Shown: positions 19,092 through 28,516 of the stretch, one piece after another
How the letters are laid out: each line of letters begins with the position of its first letter
How positions within the stretch are numbered: position 1 is the first letter of the stretch
Notes under the pieces: model-generated
The model's database searches: none
Told to the model about the DNA's origin: nothing
What the model saw: the letters and a program-made list of their open reading frames with translations, nothing else
DNA from: an uncultured Gaiellales bacterium
Lineage (GTDB): Bacteria; Actinomycetota; Thermoleophilia; Gaiellales; Gaiellaceae
DNA: 64,000 nt
NCBI GenBank assembly: GCA_964461665.1
Contig: CAYXAS010000002.1
Location: 5,400 to 69,399 of the forward strand
Reading direction: 5' to 3'
Made by a program: the position numbers and the translations under genes

Positions 19092-21311
19092 TCAGAGCGC
19101 GATGTCGTCCGGGCGCACCGGAACGCGCATCAGAGAGCGCCCGGTTGCGGCTCGCAACGCAGACGCGATCGCCGCGGTCGAGACGACGGTCGGTGGTTCA
19201 CCAACGCCCTTCAGCCCGTAGGGCGCATCTGGCTCGGGATCCTCGACGAGATCGATCGTGAGTGGCGGCATGTCGAGCGCGGTCGGGATCAGATAGTCGG
19301 TGAAACTCGCGTTCGCGATCCGCCCGTCACGGGTCACGATCTCCTCCATCACGGCGAGACCGAGACCCTGCGCGGTGCCACCCTCGATCTGGCCCTCGAC
19401 GGCGCGGGGGTTGAGTGCCCGCCCGACATCCTGTGAAACGCCGATCCACGCGATCCGGCTGAGACCGAGGTCGACGTCCACCTCAGCGACGACACGCATC
19501 GCACAGACGGCGAATGCGACGTGCACACGCTCTCCGAGAGCCTGGCCGTTCTCCGGATCGAGCGCGCTCGTCGGTACGTGACGATGGATCCGCTCGACAT
19601 CGACCTCGCCGCCGCCCTGGAGCTCACGCTGCTCGAGCGCGGCACGACAGGCATCCCGCACGGCGCCCGCCGCCATCCAGGTCATGCGTGACGCGGACGC
19701 CGATCCCGCTGACCCGACGGTCGCGGTGGTGTGCGGCGCGAGGGTGACGTCGTCGGTCCCGAGCTCGGTGCGCGCGACCTGGAGGATGATCCCCTGGACA
19801 CCCTGTCCGACCTCGGTCGCAGCGCTGTGGACGACAGCGCTGCCGTCGCCCTGGAGGACGACCCGGGCTGCGCAGTAGTCGTCGAACCCCTCCGAGAAAC
19901 AGAGGTTCTTGAACCCGACAGCGAACCCGACCCCGCGCCTGACGCCTTCCCCGTTGGTGGTGTTGCCCGCACCACCGGGGAGCCGGATCGGGTCGCGCGG
20001 GAGCGCCTCGGCCTCCGGGACGGGGAGCGCAGCGGCGCGGCGGATCACCTCGCGCGTCGGGAGCGACCCGGTGACGATCTGGCCTGTCGGCAGGACGTCG
20101 CCCGGCTCCATCGCGTTCAGGAGCCGCAGCTCGACCGGATCGATCCCGAGTGCCTCGGCGAGCCTGTCCATCTGCGCCTCGATCGCGAAGCACGCCTGCA
20201 CGGCCCCAAACCCGCGCATCGCGCCGCAGGGAGGGTTGTTCGTATAGACGGAGGTGGACTCGATCGCGAGGTTGTCTACGCGGTACGGGCCGATCGCCAT
20301 CCCGGCCGCGTTCGAGGTGACGGCCGCCGAACTCGAGGCGTACGCGCCGCCGTCGAGCAGGATCCGCGCGCGGACGAACGTGAGGCGGCCGTCGCGCGTG
20401 GCGCGATGCTCGTACCAGAGCTTCGCTGGGTGTCGGTGGACGTGGCCGATGAAGGACTCCGCGCGGTCGTAGACGATCCTCACCGGGCGATTCGTGTGGA
20501 GCGCGAGCAGCGCCGCATGGATCTGCATCGAGAGGTCCTCGCGACCGCCGAACGCGCCCCCGACACCGGCGAGATGGACGCGCACCTGCTCGGGTGAGAG
20601 CCCGAGACACGGCGCGATCTGGTCGCGGTCGACATGGAGCCACTGGGTGGCGACGTGGATGTCGACGCCTCCCTCGCTATCCGGGACTGCAAGTCCGGAC
20701 TCGGGGCCGAGGAACGCCTGATCCTGCGTGCCGACCTCGTACACGCCTTCGACGACGACGTCGCCCGGGGTATCCGGGTCGCCACGACGGATCACCATGT
20801 GACGGACGATGTTGGGTCTCGGGTCGTCGCGATACCCGTGCGCCATTGTCGGTCGGTCGGGATGGAGCGGGGGCATCTCGGTTGCGCGCTCCATGTCGGC
20901 GATCGGCTCGAGCGGTTCGTACTCGACGACGATCGCCGCGACCGCGCGGCGCGCCTGTTCCGGGTGCTCCGCCGCGACGATCGCGACCGCCTCCCCCTGG
21001 TAGCGAACGACATCGCGGGCGAGAACCGGCTGATCGGCGAACTCCAGTCCGTATGTCTTGCGGCCGGGGACGTCCTGCCATGTGAGCACGGCGTGCACGC
21101 CCGGCATCGTGAGCGCCTGCGTGATGTCGATCGAGACGATCCGTGCGTGCGCGTGCGGACTGCGCAGGGTGTCCCCGACCAGCATCCCGGGGGCCACGAG
21201 ATCGCTCGAATAGGCGAATTCACCCCTCACCTTGGCGGGCGCATCGAGGCGAAGTGGGCTCTCGCCGATCCGCCCAACCGAGAGCGCACGCTCCCGCTCT
21301 GCGACGCTCAC
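19092..21311 (-). CDS. Xanthine dehydrogenase family molybdopterin-binding large subunit
   Basis: 739-aa ORF with an N-terminal a/b-hammerhead region (LRLDAPAKVRGEFAYSSDL...HAHARIVSID) and Moco domains. The GTG start overlaps the 2Fe-2S subunit stop. Confidence 0.9.
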   Translation of the reverse strand: MSVAERERALSVGRIGESPLRLDAPAKVRGEFAYSSDLVAPGMLVGDTLRSPHAHARIVSIDITQALTMPGVHAVLTWQDVPGRKTYGLEFADQPVLARDVVRYQGEAVAIVAAEHPEQARRAVAAIVVEYEPLEPIADMERATEMPPLHPDRPTMAHGYRDDPRPNIVRHMVIRRGDPDTPGDVVVEGVYEVGTQDQAFLGPESGLAVPDSEGGVDIHVATQWLHVDRDQIAPCLGLSPEQVRVHLAGVGGAFGGREDLSMQIHAALLALHTNRPVRIVYDRAESFIGHVHRHPAKLWYEHRATRDGRLTFVRARILLDGGAYASSSAAVTSNAAGMAIGPYRVDNLAIESTSVYTNNPPCGAMRGFGAVQACFAIEAQMDRLAEALGIDPVELRLLNAMEPGDVLPTGQIVTGSLPTREVIRRAAALPVPEAEALPRDPIRLPGGAGNTTNGEGVRRGVGFAVGFKNLCFSEGFDDYCAARVVLQGDGSAVVHSAATEVGQGVQGIILQVARTELGTDDVTLAPHTTATVGSAGSASASRMTWMAAGAVRDACRAALEQRELQGGGEVDVERIHRHVPTSALDPENGQALGERVHVAFAVCAMRVVAEVDVDLGLSRIAWIGVSQDVGRALNPRAVEGQIEGGTAQGLGLAVMEEIVTRDGRIANASFTDYLIPTALDMPPLTIDLVEDPEPDAPYGLKGVGEPPTVVSTAAIASALRAATGRSLMRVPVRPDDIAL

Positions 21312-21778
21312 GCGCGCGTCTCCGCAGCGAGCCGCACGGCCTCGAAGATCTTGGCGTAACCCGTGCAGCGACAGAGATTTCCGGAGAGCTCCTCGCGGAT
21401 CTCATCCTCCGTCGGATGCGGGATCCGGTCGAGTAGGGCGGCTGCGGCGACCACGAGTCCGGGTGTGCAGAACCCGCACTGGACGGCACCGGTCCGGACG
21501 AACGCATCCTGCACCGGGTGGAGTTGGTCGCCGTCGGCGAGCCCCTCGACCGTGCGGACGTCGTGCCCGTCCGCCTGAGCCGCGAGGACGAGACACGAAC
21601 AGACAAGATCGCCGTCGAACAGCACGGAGCAGGAACCGCATTCGCCCTGTTCGCAGGCGTTCTTGGAGCCCGGGAGACCGAGCCGGTCGCGGAGGAACGC
21701 GAGCAGGCTCTCCCCGCCCCACGCGTCGCCCTCACGGGCCTCGCCGTTCACGGTCAGCTCGATTCTCACGCGAGACAC
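21308..21778 (-). CDS. (2Fe-2S)-binding small subunit of XDH-family enzyme
   Basis: 156-aa ORF with CEQGECGSCSV and CGFCTPG cluster motifs. The alternative GTG 21769 would give a GTGA overlap with the upstream stop. Confidence 0.92.
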   Translation of the reverse strand: MSRVRIELTVNGEAREGDAWGGESLLAFLRDRLGLPGSKNACEQGECGSCSVLFDGDLVCSCLVLAAQADGHDVRTVEGLADGDQLHPVQDAFVRTGAVQCGFCTPGLVVAAAALLDRIPHPTEDEIREELSGNLCRCTGYAKIFEAVRLAAETRA

Positions 21779-22557
21779 CTCGACAGCGCGCGGCGGGTGA
21801 GCACCCGGAGGGCGTGGCGTCGGTAGGCGGCGCTCCCCCGCACGTCGTCGATCGGGCGCGCTGCCTCGGCAACCCGGTCGGGGAACGTCGCAGAGTCTGC
21901 AATCGCTCCGGTGACGAGCGTTACGACCGGCGCAGCCGAGCCAAACGCAGCGCGGAGCGTCCCGCGTTCACGATCGACGGCGAGTGCGAGCGAGCACACG
22001 GAGATCACCATCGCGTTCCGCGGCCCCACCTTCATGAACGTCTCGCGGGTCTCGGCCACCGGGACACGCACCGCCACGATCAGCTCGTCCGGGGCGAGCG
22101 CGTTCCGCTTCACACCGAGCAGGAACTCCTCGAGCGGCAGGACGCGTCGGCCGCGTGTGCTTGCCAGTTCGATCGACGCACCTGCGACGAGCAGCGGGGG
22201 CAACGCGTCGCCCGCGGGTGAGGCCGTTCCGAGATTCCCACCGAGCGTTCCCCGGTTGCGGATCTGCGGGGAGCCGACCGTTCGCGATGCCTGGGCGAGA
22301 GCAGGGAGCGCCGAGGCGAGCGGCTCGCGCATCACCTCCGTGTACGTGAGGCCCGCCCCAAGGACCCACCCGTCGCCGTCCCGCCTGTACCCGCGCAGCT
22401 CGTGCACCTCGTTCAGATTGAGGAGCGCTGGCGGCCGCGTGTGGTCGAAGTTCAACTCGACGAGCAGGTCGGTGCCACCCTGGATCACGCGTGCGTCCGG
22501 GTGCTCGGCGCGCAGGCGCAGCGCCTCATCGAGGGTTCGCGGAGTGAGGACGTCCAT
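21766..22557 (-). CDS. FAD-binding (CoxM/XdhB-like) subunit of XDH-family enzyme
   Basis: Real part of ORF 21766..23331, starting at ATG 22557 (MDVLTPRTLDEALRLRAEHPDARVIQGGTDLLVE...). ATGA overlap with the permease stop. Confidence 0.88.
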   Translation of the reverse strand: MDVLTPRTLDEALRLRAEHPDARVIQGGTDLLVELNFDHTRPPALLNLNEVHELRGYRRDGDGWVLGAGLTYTEVMREPLASALPALAQASRTVGSPQIRNRGTLGGNLGTASPAGDALPPLLVAGASIELASTRGRRVLPLEEFLLGVKRNALAPDELIVAVRVPVAETRETFMKVGPRNAMVISVCSLALAVDRERGTLRAAFGSAAPVVTLVTGAIADSATFPDRVAEAARPIDDVRGSAAYRRHALRVLTRRALSRCLA

Positions 22558-23516
22558 CAGCGTTCTTCCCGCTCGTAGGGAACACCGAGCGCAGCGGGTG
22601 CCCCGAGGCGGCGGCGACCGATCCCGCTGGAGACAAGGACCAGCACGAGGATCGTCATCACGTACGGGAGCGCCTGGAAGAGCTGCGGCGTGATCGTCAC
22701 TCCGCGCGCCTGCAGGATCAGCGGGAGGGCGGAGAAGGCGCCGAACACGTAGGCGCCGACAAGACAGAGGTCGGCGCGCCAGAACGCAAAGATCACGAGT
22801 GCGATCGCGATCCAGCCCGCGCCCGCTGTGAGTCCATCCACCCACTGCGGCGTGAGCGAGAGGCTGAAGCAGGCGCCGCCGATCCCCGCGAACGCACCAC
22901 CTGCGACCGTGTGGACGTACCGCACGCGCGTCACGTTGATCCCGACCGCATCGGCAGACGCCGGCGCCTCGCCGACCGCGCGCACCTCGAGCCCGGGACG
23001 GGTGCGCGACAGGTAGAGCCCCACCACGATCACGCAGCCCCACGACGCGAACACGAGCCAGCTCTGCGCAAACACGATCGGGCCGACCACCGGGACTTCG
23101 GCGAGACCGAACAGGTTGCTGTCCCCGAACGAGAATCGGGCGGGGTTCTCGGGCAGGTTGAAGTCGTTGCCGACGTACGACGAGAACCCGATCAGGCCGA
23201 GCAGGATCGTGAGCGCGAGCCCTGTCACGATCTGGTTCGCCCTCAGGGTCACGACGAGGAATGCAAGCAGCAGTGCGGCGACGCCACCCGCTGCTGCGGC
23301 GGCGACGAGCGCGAACCCGAGCGCCGTCCACGCCGACGAGCCGACGTGCTGGACGGCAAGAAACCCGATCACGGCACCGGCCAGCATCATCCCCTCGACC
23401 CCGAGGTTCAGGACGCCCGATCGCTCGGCGAGTAGCTCCCCGAGAGCCGCGTAGAGCAGCGGGGTCCCGTACGCAACCGCGGCGGCGAGCACGACAACGA
23501 CGAGCGAGTTGTTCAC
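22557..23516 (-). CDS. ABC transporter permease (BMP/nucleoside-type, second permease)
   Basis: Real part of ORF 22557..23861 from GTG 23516 (VNNSLVVVVLAAAVAYGTPLLYAALGELLAERSGVLNLGVEGMM). GTGA overlap with the upstream stop. Confidence 0.85.
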   Translation of the reverse strand: MNNSLVVVVLAAAVAYGTPLLYAALGELLAERSGVLNLGVEGMMLAGAVIGFLAVQHVGSSAWTALGFALVAAAAAGGVAALLLAFLVVTLRANQIVTGLALTILLGLIGFSSYVGNDFNLPENPARFSFGDSNLFGLAEVPVVGPIVFAQSWLVFASWGCVIVVGLYLSRTRPGLEVRAVGEAPASADAVGINVTRVRYVHTVAGGAFAGIGGACFSLSLTPQWVDGLTAGAGWIAIALVIFAFWRADLCLVGAYVFGAFSALPLILQARGVTITPQLFQALPYVMTILVLVLVSSGIGRRRLGAPAALGVPYEREER

Positions 23517-24637
23517 GGCGTCCCCACGCTCCGCCGGGCCGGGCCGAGTCGGGCCGTCAGCGCGACCCGGTAGCGAACGAGGATCTCGCCGCCGAGCATG
23601 CAGAACAGGATCGTCCCCTGGATCACCCCGACGAGTCCGGAGGGGAACTCCGCGCTCTGCAGCGTGTAGCCCGCGTTCTGCAGGCCCCCGAGCAGGAAGG
23701 CGACGGCAACCGCCGCGAACGGGTTGTAGCGCGCGAGGGCGGCAACGACGATCCCTGTGTAGCCGTAACTCGCCTGCTGCAGCCCGCGTGCATCGAGGAT
23801 ATGGCGGAAGTCGCCCATCTGGCTCGCGCCGCCGATTCCGGCGACCCCGCCCGAGAGACACAGCACCGCGAGGATCTTGCGACGTGTGCGCATCCCCGCG
23901 TAGCGCGCCGCCCGCGGGGAGTCACCGATCACCTGCGCCTCGAAGCCGAACCGGGTGCGGTTGTACAGCACCCAGAGCACGGCCGCGACCCCGATCGCGA
24001 GGAAGAAGCCGGTCGGAATCCCGAGACCCCCGATGTTTGGGGTCCACCACCACGACTGTTCCGGCAGCTGCTTGCCCTGGGGGAAGACCTGCCCCGTGGC
24101 GGAGTCGTCGCGCCAGTACGACATCGAGTCGAAGATGAGATAGTTGAGAAGCAGCGCGGCGCAGTAGTTGAGCATCAGCGAGGTGATGATCTCGTTGGTC
24201 TTCAGAAAGGCCCGCAGGAGACCGGGGATCGCACCCCACGCTGCACCGAGGAGCGCGCCCGCGACGATCATCAGGACGAAGTGCACGGCGGTCGGCCGTA
24301 CACCCAGCCAGATCGAGACCCCGGCGGCACCGATCGCGCCGACGTACAGCTGCCCTTCGGCGCCGATGTTGAACAGCTTCATCCGGAACGCGACCGCGGC
24401 CGCGAGCGCCGTGAATGCAAGCGGGGTTGCCGTGATCAGCGTGTCGCCGAGCGCGCCCTCGTCGAAGAACCCCGCCCCGTAGAGGCGACGGAAGGTCGCG
24501 AATGCCGGATGGCCGGTCCCGACGAGGAGAAGTCCCACGATCGCGTGCGCGACCACGAGCGATGCGAGAGGCACGAGCACGATGTGTCGGCGGCGGCGTT
24601 CGAGCCGCTTCTCGAGCCGGATGCGCGGCACGCTCAC
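23513..24637 (-). CDS. ABC transporter permease (BMP/nucleoside-type, first permease)
   Basis: 374-aa multi-TM ORF with FNIGAEGQLYVGA typical of this permease family. Confidence 0.85.
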   Translation of the reverse strand: MSVPRIRLEKRLERRRRHIVLVPLASLVVAHAIVGLLLVGTGHPAFATFRRLYGAGFFDEGALGDTLITATPLAFTALAAAVAFRMKLFNIGAEGQLYVGAIGAAGVSIWLGVRPTAVHFVLMIVAGALLGAAWGAIPGLLRAFLKTNEIITSLMLNYCAALLLNYLIFDSMSYWRDDSATGQVFPQGKQLPEQSWWWTPNIGGLGIPTGFFLAIGVAAVLWVLYNRTRFGFEAQVIGDSPRAARYAGMRTRRKILAVLCLSGGVAGIGGASQMGDFRHILDARGLQQASYGYTGIVVAALARYNPFAAVAVAFLLGGLQNAGYTLQSAEFPSGLVGVIQGTILFCMLGGEILVRYRVALTARLGPARRSVGTP

Positions 24638-26193
24638 GCAGCCTCCCCCGTGACCCCGGCCATGAGGAGACCAAGTTCCTCGATCGACGCGGTGCGTGCG
24701 TCGCGCTCACCGGCGATTGCGCCCTCGTACATCACCACGACCCGGTCGGCGAGCGCCAGCACCTCGTCGAGGTCCTCGCTCAGGAGGAGAATCGCCATTC
24801 CCCGCTCCGCCGCCGCCCGGAGATGGCCGTGCACCGTCTCGATCGCCCCGACGTCGAGTCCACGCGTGGGGGCGGCAGCGACGAGCACCCGTGGCTCACC
24901 CGAGAACTCGCGCCCGATGACGACTTTCTGGAGGTTCCCCCCCGAGAGTTGCCGCGTAGGGATCGACGGACCGGGCGTCCGCACGTCGTACCGCGAGATG
25001 AGCTCGAGCGCCCGGTCGCGCATCCGTGCCAGGCGCAGGAACGGCCCCAGCGAGCCGCCGTTCCGATAGTCCTTCAGCGACACGTTGTCGGAGAGGGTCA
25101 TGCCCGGCGCCACCGCGGTGTGGAGCCGATCCTCGGGGATGTGCGCCAAGCCCGCGTGGATCGCGGCCCGCGGGTCGCCGGATGCGAGTGGCACACCTCC
25201 GACCTCGATCGTCCCCGAACTGACGGGGCGCAACCCCGTGATCGCCTCGGCGAGTTCGCGCTGGCCGTTCCCCGCAACGCCCGCCACCCCGAGCACCTCG
25301 CCAGCGTGCACCACGAACGACACGTCGCGGAGCGCGGGCATCCCTCGGTCGCCGATTGCGCACAGTGCGTCCACTCGGAGCATCTCGTCGCTGCGCGTTG
25401 TCGACTCTCTGCGTCGTTCTGTCTCGATCTCCCGCCCGACCATCAGCGCCGCGAGCGACCGCGTGGTGGCACCCGCAGCAGAGACGGTCGCGATGGAGCG
25501 CCCGCCCCGGAGAACGGTGACGCGGTCGGCGACCGCGGTCACCTCGTGCAGCTTGTGCGAGATGAAGATCACCGTGCGACCCTCGGCCGCCATCGCGCGC
25601 AGCGTCACGAACAGCTGCGTGGCCTCCTGCGGCGTGAGCACCGCGGTTGGCTCATCGAGGATCAGGATCCGCGCCTCGCGGTAGAGCGCCTTCAGGATCT
25701 CGACGCGCTGCTGCTCGCCAACGGAGAGCTGCCAGATCCGGGCGCGGGGGTCAACCGCGATCCCGTATCGCTCCCCCAGCTCTACGACCCGACGCTCGAT
25801 CGCACGCTGGTCGATCACGATGCGGCCAGCTTCACGGTGGTCGCCGAGCACGATGTTCTCCGCGACCGTGAACGGCTCGACGAGCCGGAAGTGCTGGTGC
25901 ACCATCCCGATTCCGGCAGCGATCGCGGCACGCGGCGACGTGAAAGCAACGGGCTCGCCGTAGAGGACAATCTCGCCCTCGTCGGCGTGGTAGAGACCGG
26001 TGAGGATGTTCGACAGGGTGCTCTTCCCGGCCCCGTTCTCACCGAGCAGCGCGTGTACCTCGCCGACGGCCGCCTCGAAGTCCACCGCGTCGTTCGCAAC
26101 GACCCCGGGGAAGCGCTTCGTGATCCCACGAAGCGATACCGCCGGTGCGGTCGTTCCTTCGGTGGTGGGTGTGGCGGGCGCGATGCGGCTCAT
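24634..26193 (-). CDS. ABC transporter ATP-binding protein with duplicated ATPase domains
   Basis: 519-aa ORF with two Walker A sites (GENGAGKST; GVAGNGQRE) and LSGGNLQK/LSVGEQQR signatures. Confidence 0.92.
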   Translation of the reverse strand: MSRIAPATPTTEGTTAPAVSLRGITKRFPGVVANDAVDFEAAVGEVHALLGENGAGKSTLSNILTGLYHADEGEIVLYGEPVAFTSPRAAIAAGIGMVHQHFRLVEPFTVAENIVLGDHREAGRIVIDQRAIERRVVELGERYGIAVDPRARIWQLSVGEQQRVEILKALYREARILILDEPTAVLTPQEATQLFVTLRAMAAEGRTVIFISHKLHEVTAVADRVTVLRGGRSIATVSAAGATTRSLAALMVGREIETERRRESTTRSDEMLRVDALCAIGDRGMPALRDVSFVVHAGEVLGVAGVAGNGQRELAEAITGLRPVSSGTIEVGGVPLASGDPRAAIHAGLAHIPEDRLHTAVAPGMTLSDNVSLKDYRNGGSLGPFLRLARMRDRALELISRYDVRTPGPSIPTRQLSGGNLQKVVIGREFSGEPRVLVAAAPTRGLDVGAIETVHGHLRAAAERGMAILLLSEDLDEVLALADRVVVMYEGAIAGERDARTASIEELGLLMAGVTGEAA

Positions 26194-26267
26194 GGTGCCG
26201 TGCTCTGACGCGGAGAGGGCGCCGCATGAAGCGACGCCCTCTCGCGCGAATCGGGGCGGTCGGGAGG

Positions 26268-27368
26268 CTAGCCCTTCGCGCTTCCCTCGATGCCCTTCAC
26301 CAGCCAGTCGACGCTGAGGATCTCCCCGAGCGTCATCCGTTTACCCTTCGGGACGCGGAGCTTGCCGGACTGGTCGTACAGCGGCCCCGTGAACTCGTAG
26401 AACGAGCCGTTCTCGATGGCCTTGTACTGCTTCTTGATCAGCGCCTTCGTCTTGGCCGAGACGTTCGGCCCGTACGGGGCGAGCGTCGTAAAGCCGTCGG
26501 CGATCGAGCCCCAGTAGCTGCCCGTCGTCCACGTGCCGTCCATCGCCGCCTTGACACGCTTCAGGTAGTAGTGACCCCAGTTGTAGACCCCTGCGGTCTG
26601 CCAGGAGGTCGGGGCGAACTTCCGCGCGTCGTTGTTGTATCCGACCCACGGGAGCTTCTTCGACTGGGCGTACTGGCCTGCAGCGGTGCCGTCCACGTTC
26701 TGCCCGATGACATCGGCGCCTGCCTTGTGGAGGCTCTCTGCGGCCTTCCGCTCGCCTGCCGGGTCGAACCACGACTTCGTCCACACGAGCTTGACCGTCG
26801 CATCTGGCCGCACCGCCTGCACACCGAGCGCGAAGGCGTTCGCGTGCCGGATGATCTCGGGGATCGGGAACGGGACGATGTAGCCGACGACCCCGTTCTT
26901 CGTCGCCGCACCCGCAGCGATCCCGGAGAGGTAGATCGTGTCCTCACCCGCACCGAAGTAGTTCGCGTAGTTCTTCGCCGACTTGTAGCCGGTCGCGTGC
27001 TCGAAGTACACCTCCGGGTGTTTCTTCGCAGCGGCCTCCATCGCGTCCATGTAGCCGAACGAGGTGGCGAAGATGATCTTGTTGCCGTCACGGATCAGGC
27101 TCTCGATCACCTGCGCGGCCTGCGGTCCCTCGGGGACGATCTCCTTGAAGGTCGTCTCGACCTTCGAGCCGAGCGCCTTCTGCACCATCAGTCGCCCGCG
27201 GTCATGCGCCTGCGACCAGCCGCCATCGTTGTGGGGGCCGACATAGATCCACGCGGCCTTGAACGTCTCCTGCCCCTTCGCAGCACCGCTTGCCGCCGCC
27301 GCCAATGCGACGGCCGACAGGATGGTGATCGCCGCGAGCAGGGCTCCCTTTCTCCTCCTCAGCTGCAC
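26268..27368 (-). CDS. BMP-family (PnrA/Med-like) ABC substrate-binding protein, probable purine nucleoside binding
   Basis: ORF 26268..27500. GTG 27368 (VQLRRRKGALLAAITILSAVALAAA...) has an AGGAGGA Shine-Dalgarno a few nt upstream. There is a signal peptide and no lipobox Cys. Confidence 0.85.
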   Translation of the reverse strand: MQLRRRKGALLAAITILSAVALAAAASGAAKGQETFKAAWIYVGPHNDGGWSQAHDRGRLMVQKALGSKVETTFKEIVPEGPQAAQVIESLIRDGNKIIFATSFGYMDAMEAAAKKHPEVYFEHATGYKSAKNYANYFGAGEDTIYLSGIAAGAATKNGVVGYIVPFPIPEIIRHANAFALGVQAVRPDATVKLVWTKSWFDPAGERKAAESLHKAGADVIGQNVDGTAAGQYAQSKKLPWVGYNNDARKFAPTSWQTAGVYNWGHYYLKRVKAAMDGTWTTGSYWGSIADGFTTLAPYGPNVSAKTKALIKKQYKAIENGSFYEFTGPLYDQSGKLRVPKGKRMTLGEILSVDWLVKGIEGSAKG

Positions 27369-27496
27369 CGTTCCTCCTCTCGGGGGACCCGCTCGCATCC
27401 AGCGACGGGTGTGTTGCAAGGCCGCCATCCTCTCACGTTTCGCGGACGTGTGCCGACCGCGTGACCAAGCCAGCGCACAGGCTGTGGTGGGCTGCG

Positions 27497-28516
27497 TCAA
27501 CCGCGCGCGGCGCGGGCGAGGTGTGCCGCCGCCTCGCGGACGAGAACGGCAGCGCGGCCGTACGCCGCCTCCGCGGAGCCGCCAAGTTCGATGAGGGAGA
27601 GCACGCGGGTGTCGGGCGGGAGGAGTGCGCGGACATCGGAGTCGACCGTGCCAGCCACGATCGCCACGGGAACGCCCGCCGTGGCGGCCGCTTCGAGCAC
27701 GCCGCCGACCGTCTTCCCGGCGAGGCTCGTTCGGTCGAGCCTCCCCTCGCCGGTCAGAACGAGGTCGGATCCGGCGAGCGCCTGTCCCAGGCCGACCGCC
27801 GCCGCGACGACTCCGAAGCCGTCTCGGAGCTCCGCCCCGAGCGCGGCGAGCCCGCCCGCGAGCCCGCCTGCGGCGCCGCTGTGGTCGAGGAGGCGCACGT
27901 CCCGCCCCGTCTCGCTTGCGTACCTGTCCGCGACCTCCTCGAGCCGGCTACTGAGCAGCGCGATCTCGGCCGCGCGCGCGCCCTTCTGCGGCCCGTAGAC
28001 CCGTGCCGCGTCGGAGAACCGCGTGACGACATCGCAGGCGACCGTGACGGGGAGCGGGAGCTGCCAGCCGAGCGCCTCGACAGCCCCCAGGCCCCCGTCG
28101 GTCGTCGCTGAGCCCCCGACCCCTACGAGCACCGACCGTGCGCCCGCACGCGCAGCGCACGCGATCAACTCGCCCGTGCCGCGGGTCGTCGCGGCGACGG
28201 GGTCGCGGCGCCCGCGTGGAACCAGCGCGAGCCCGCTCGCACGCGCCATCTCGATCACCGCGACCCCGTCGGGGAGAAGACCCCAGGCCGCGCTGACAGG
28301 CGCCCCGAGCGGACCGGTGACACGATCCTCGCGACGCTCGCCGCCGCACGCAGCGAGCAGGGCGTCGAGCGTGCCCTCCCCACCATCCGCGAGCGGCAGC
28401 TCGACGACACCGTCGAAGCCAGCGTCGCGCGCGCCATGCGCGAGCGCCGCCGCCGCCTCGGGTGCCGTCAGCGAACCGCGAAACTTGTCGGGGCAGCAGA
28501 CGACCCGCGCAGTCAT
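27497..28516 (-). CDS. Glycerate kinase
   Basis: 339-aa ORF with CPDKFRGSLTA and LADGGEGTLDAL motifs of the glycerate kinase family. Confidence 0.9.
   Translation of the reverse strand: MTARVVCCPDKFRGSLTAPEAAAALAHGARDAGFDGVVELPLADGGEGTLDALLAACGGERREDRVTGPLGAPVSAAWGLLPDGVAVIEMARASGLALVPRGRRDPVAATTRGTGELIACAARAGARSVLVGVGGSATTDGGLGAVEALGWQLPLPVTVACDVVTRFSDAARVYGPQKGARAAEIALLSSRLEEVADRYASETGRDVRLLDHSGAAGGLAGGLAALGAELRDGFGVVAAAVGLGQALAGSDLVLTGEGRLDRTSLAGKTVGGVLEAAATAGVPVAIVAGTVDSDVRALLPPDTRVLSLIELGGSAEAAYGRAAVLVREAAAHLARAARG

Noticed and set aside
22558-23331. N-terminal extensions of several ORFs: 21766..23331, 22557..23861, 48690..50636, 49655..51169, 44955..46322, 46028..48688 and 15765..17798. 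Also 34245..35972, 7569..9107 and 8533..9642.
   Set aside because: The extended parts overlap the preceding, well-supported gene and are low-complexity. In each case an internal ATG, GTG or TTG gives a 4-nt overlap or short spacer and a family-typical N-terminus.
27369-27496. Possible purine riboswitch or leader upstream of the nucleoside-binding protein gene
   Set aside because: I read the reverse strand and found no purine-riboswitch-like conserved loops. Only a strong Shine-Dalgarno is present. This cannot be excluded without a covariance-model scan.
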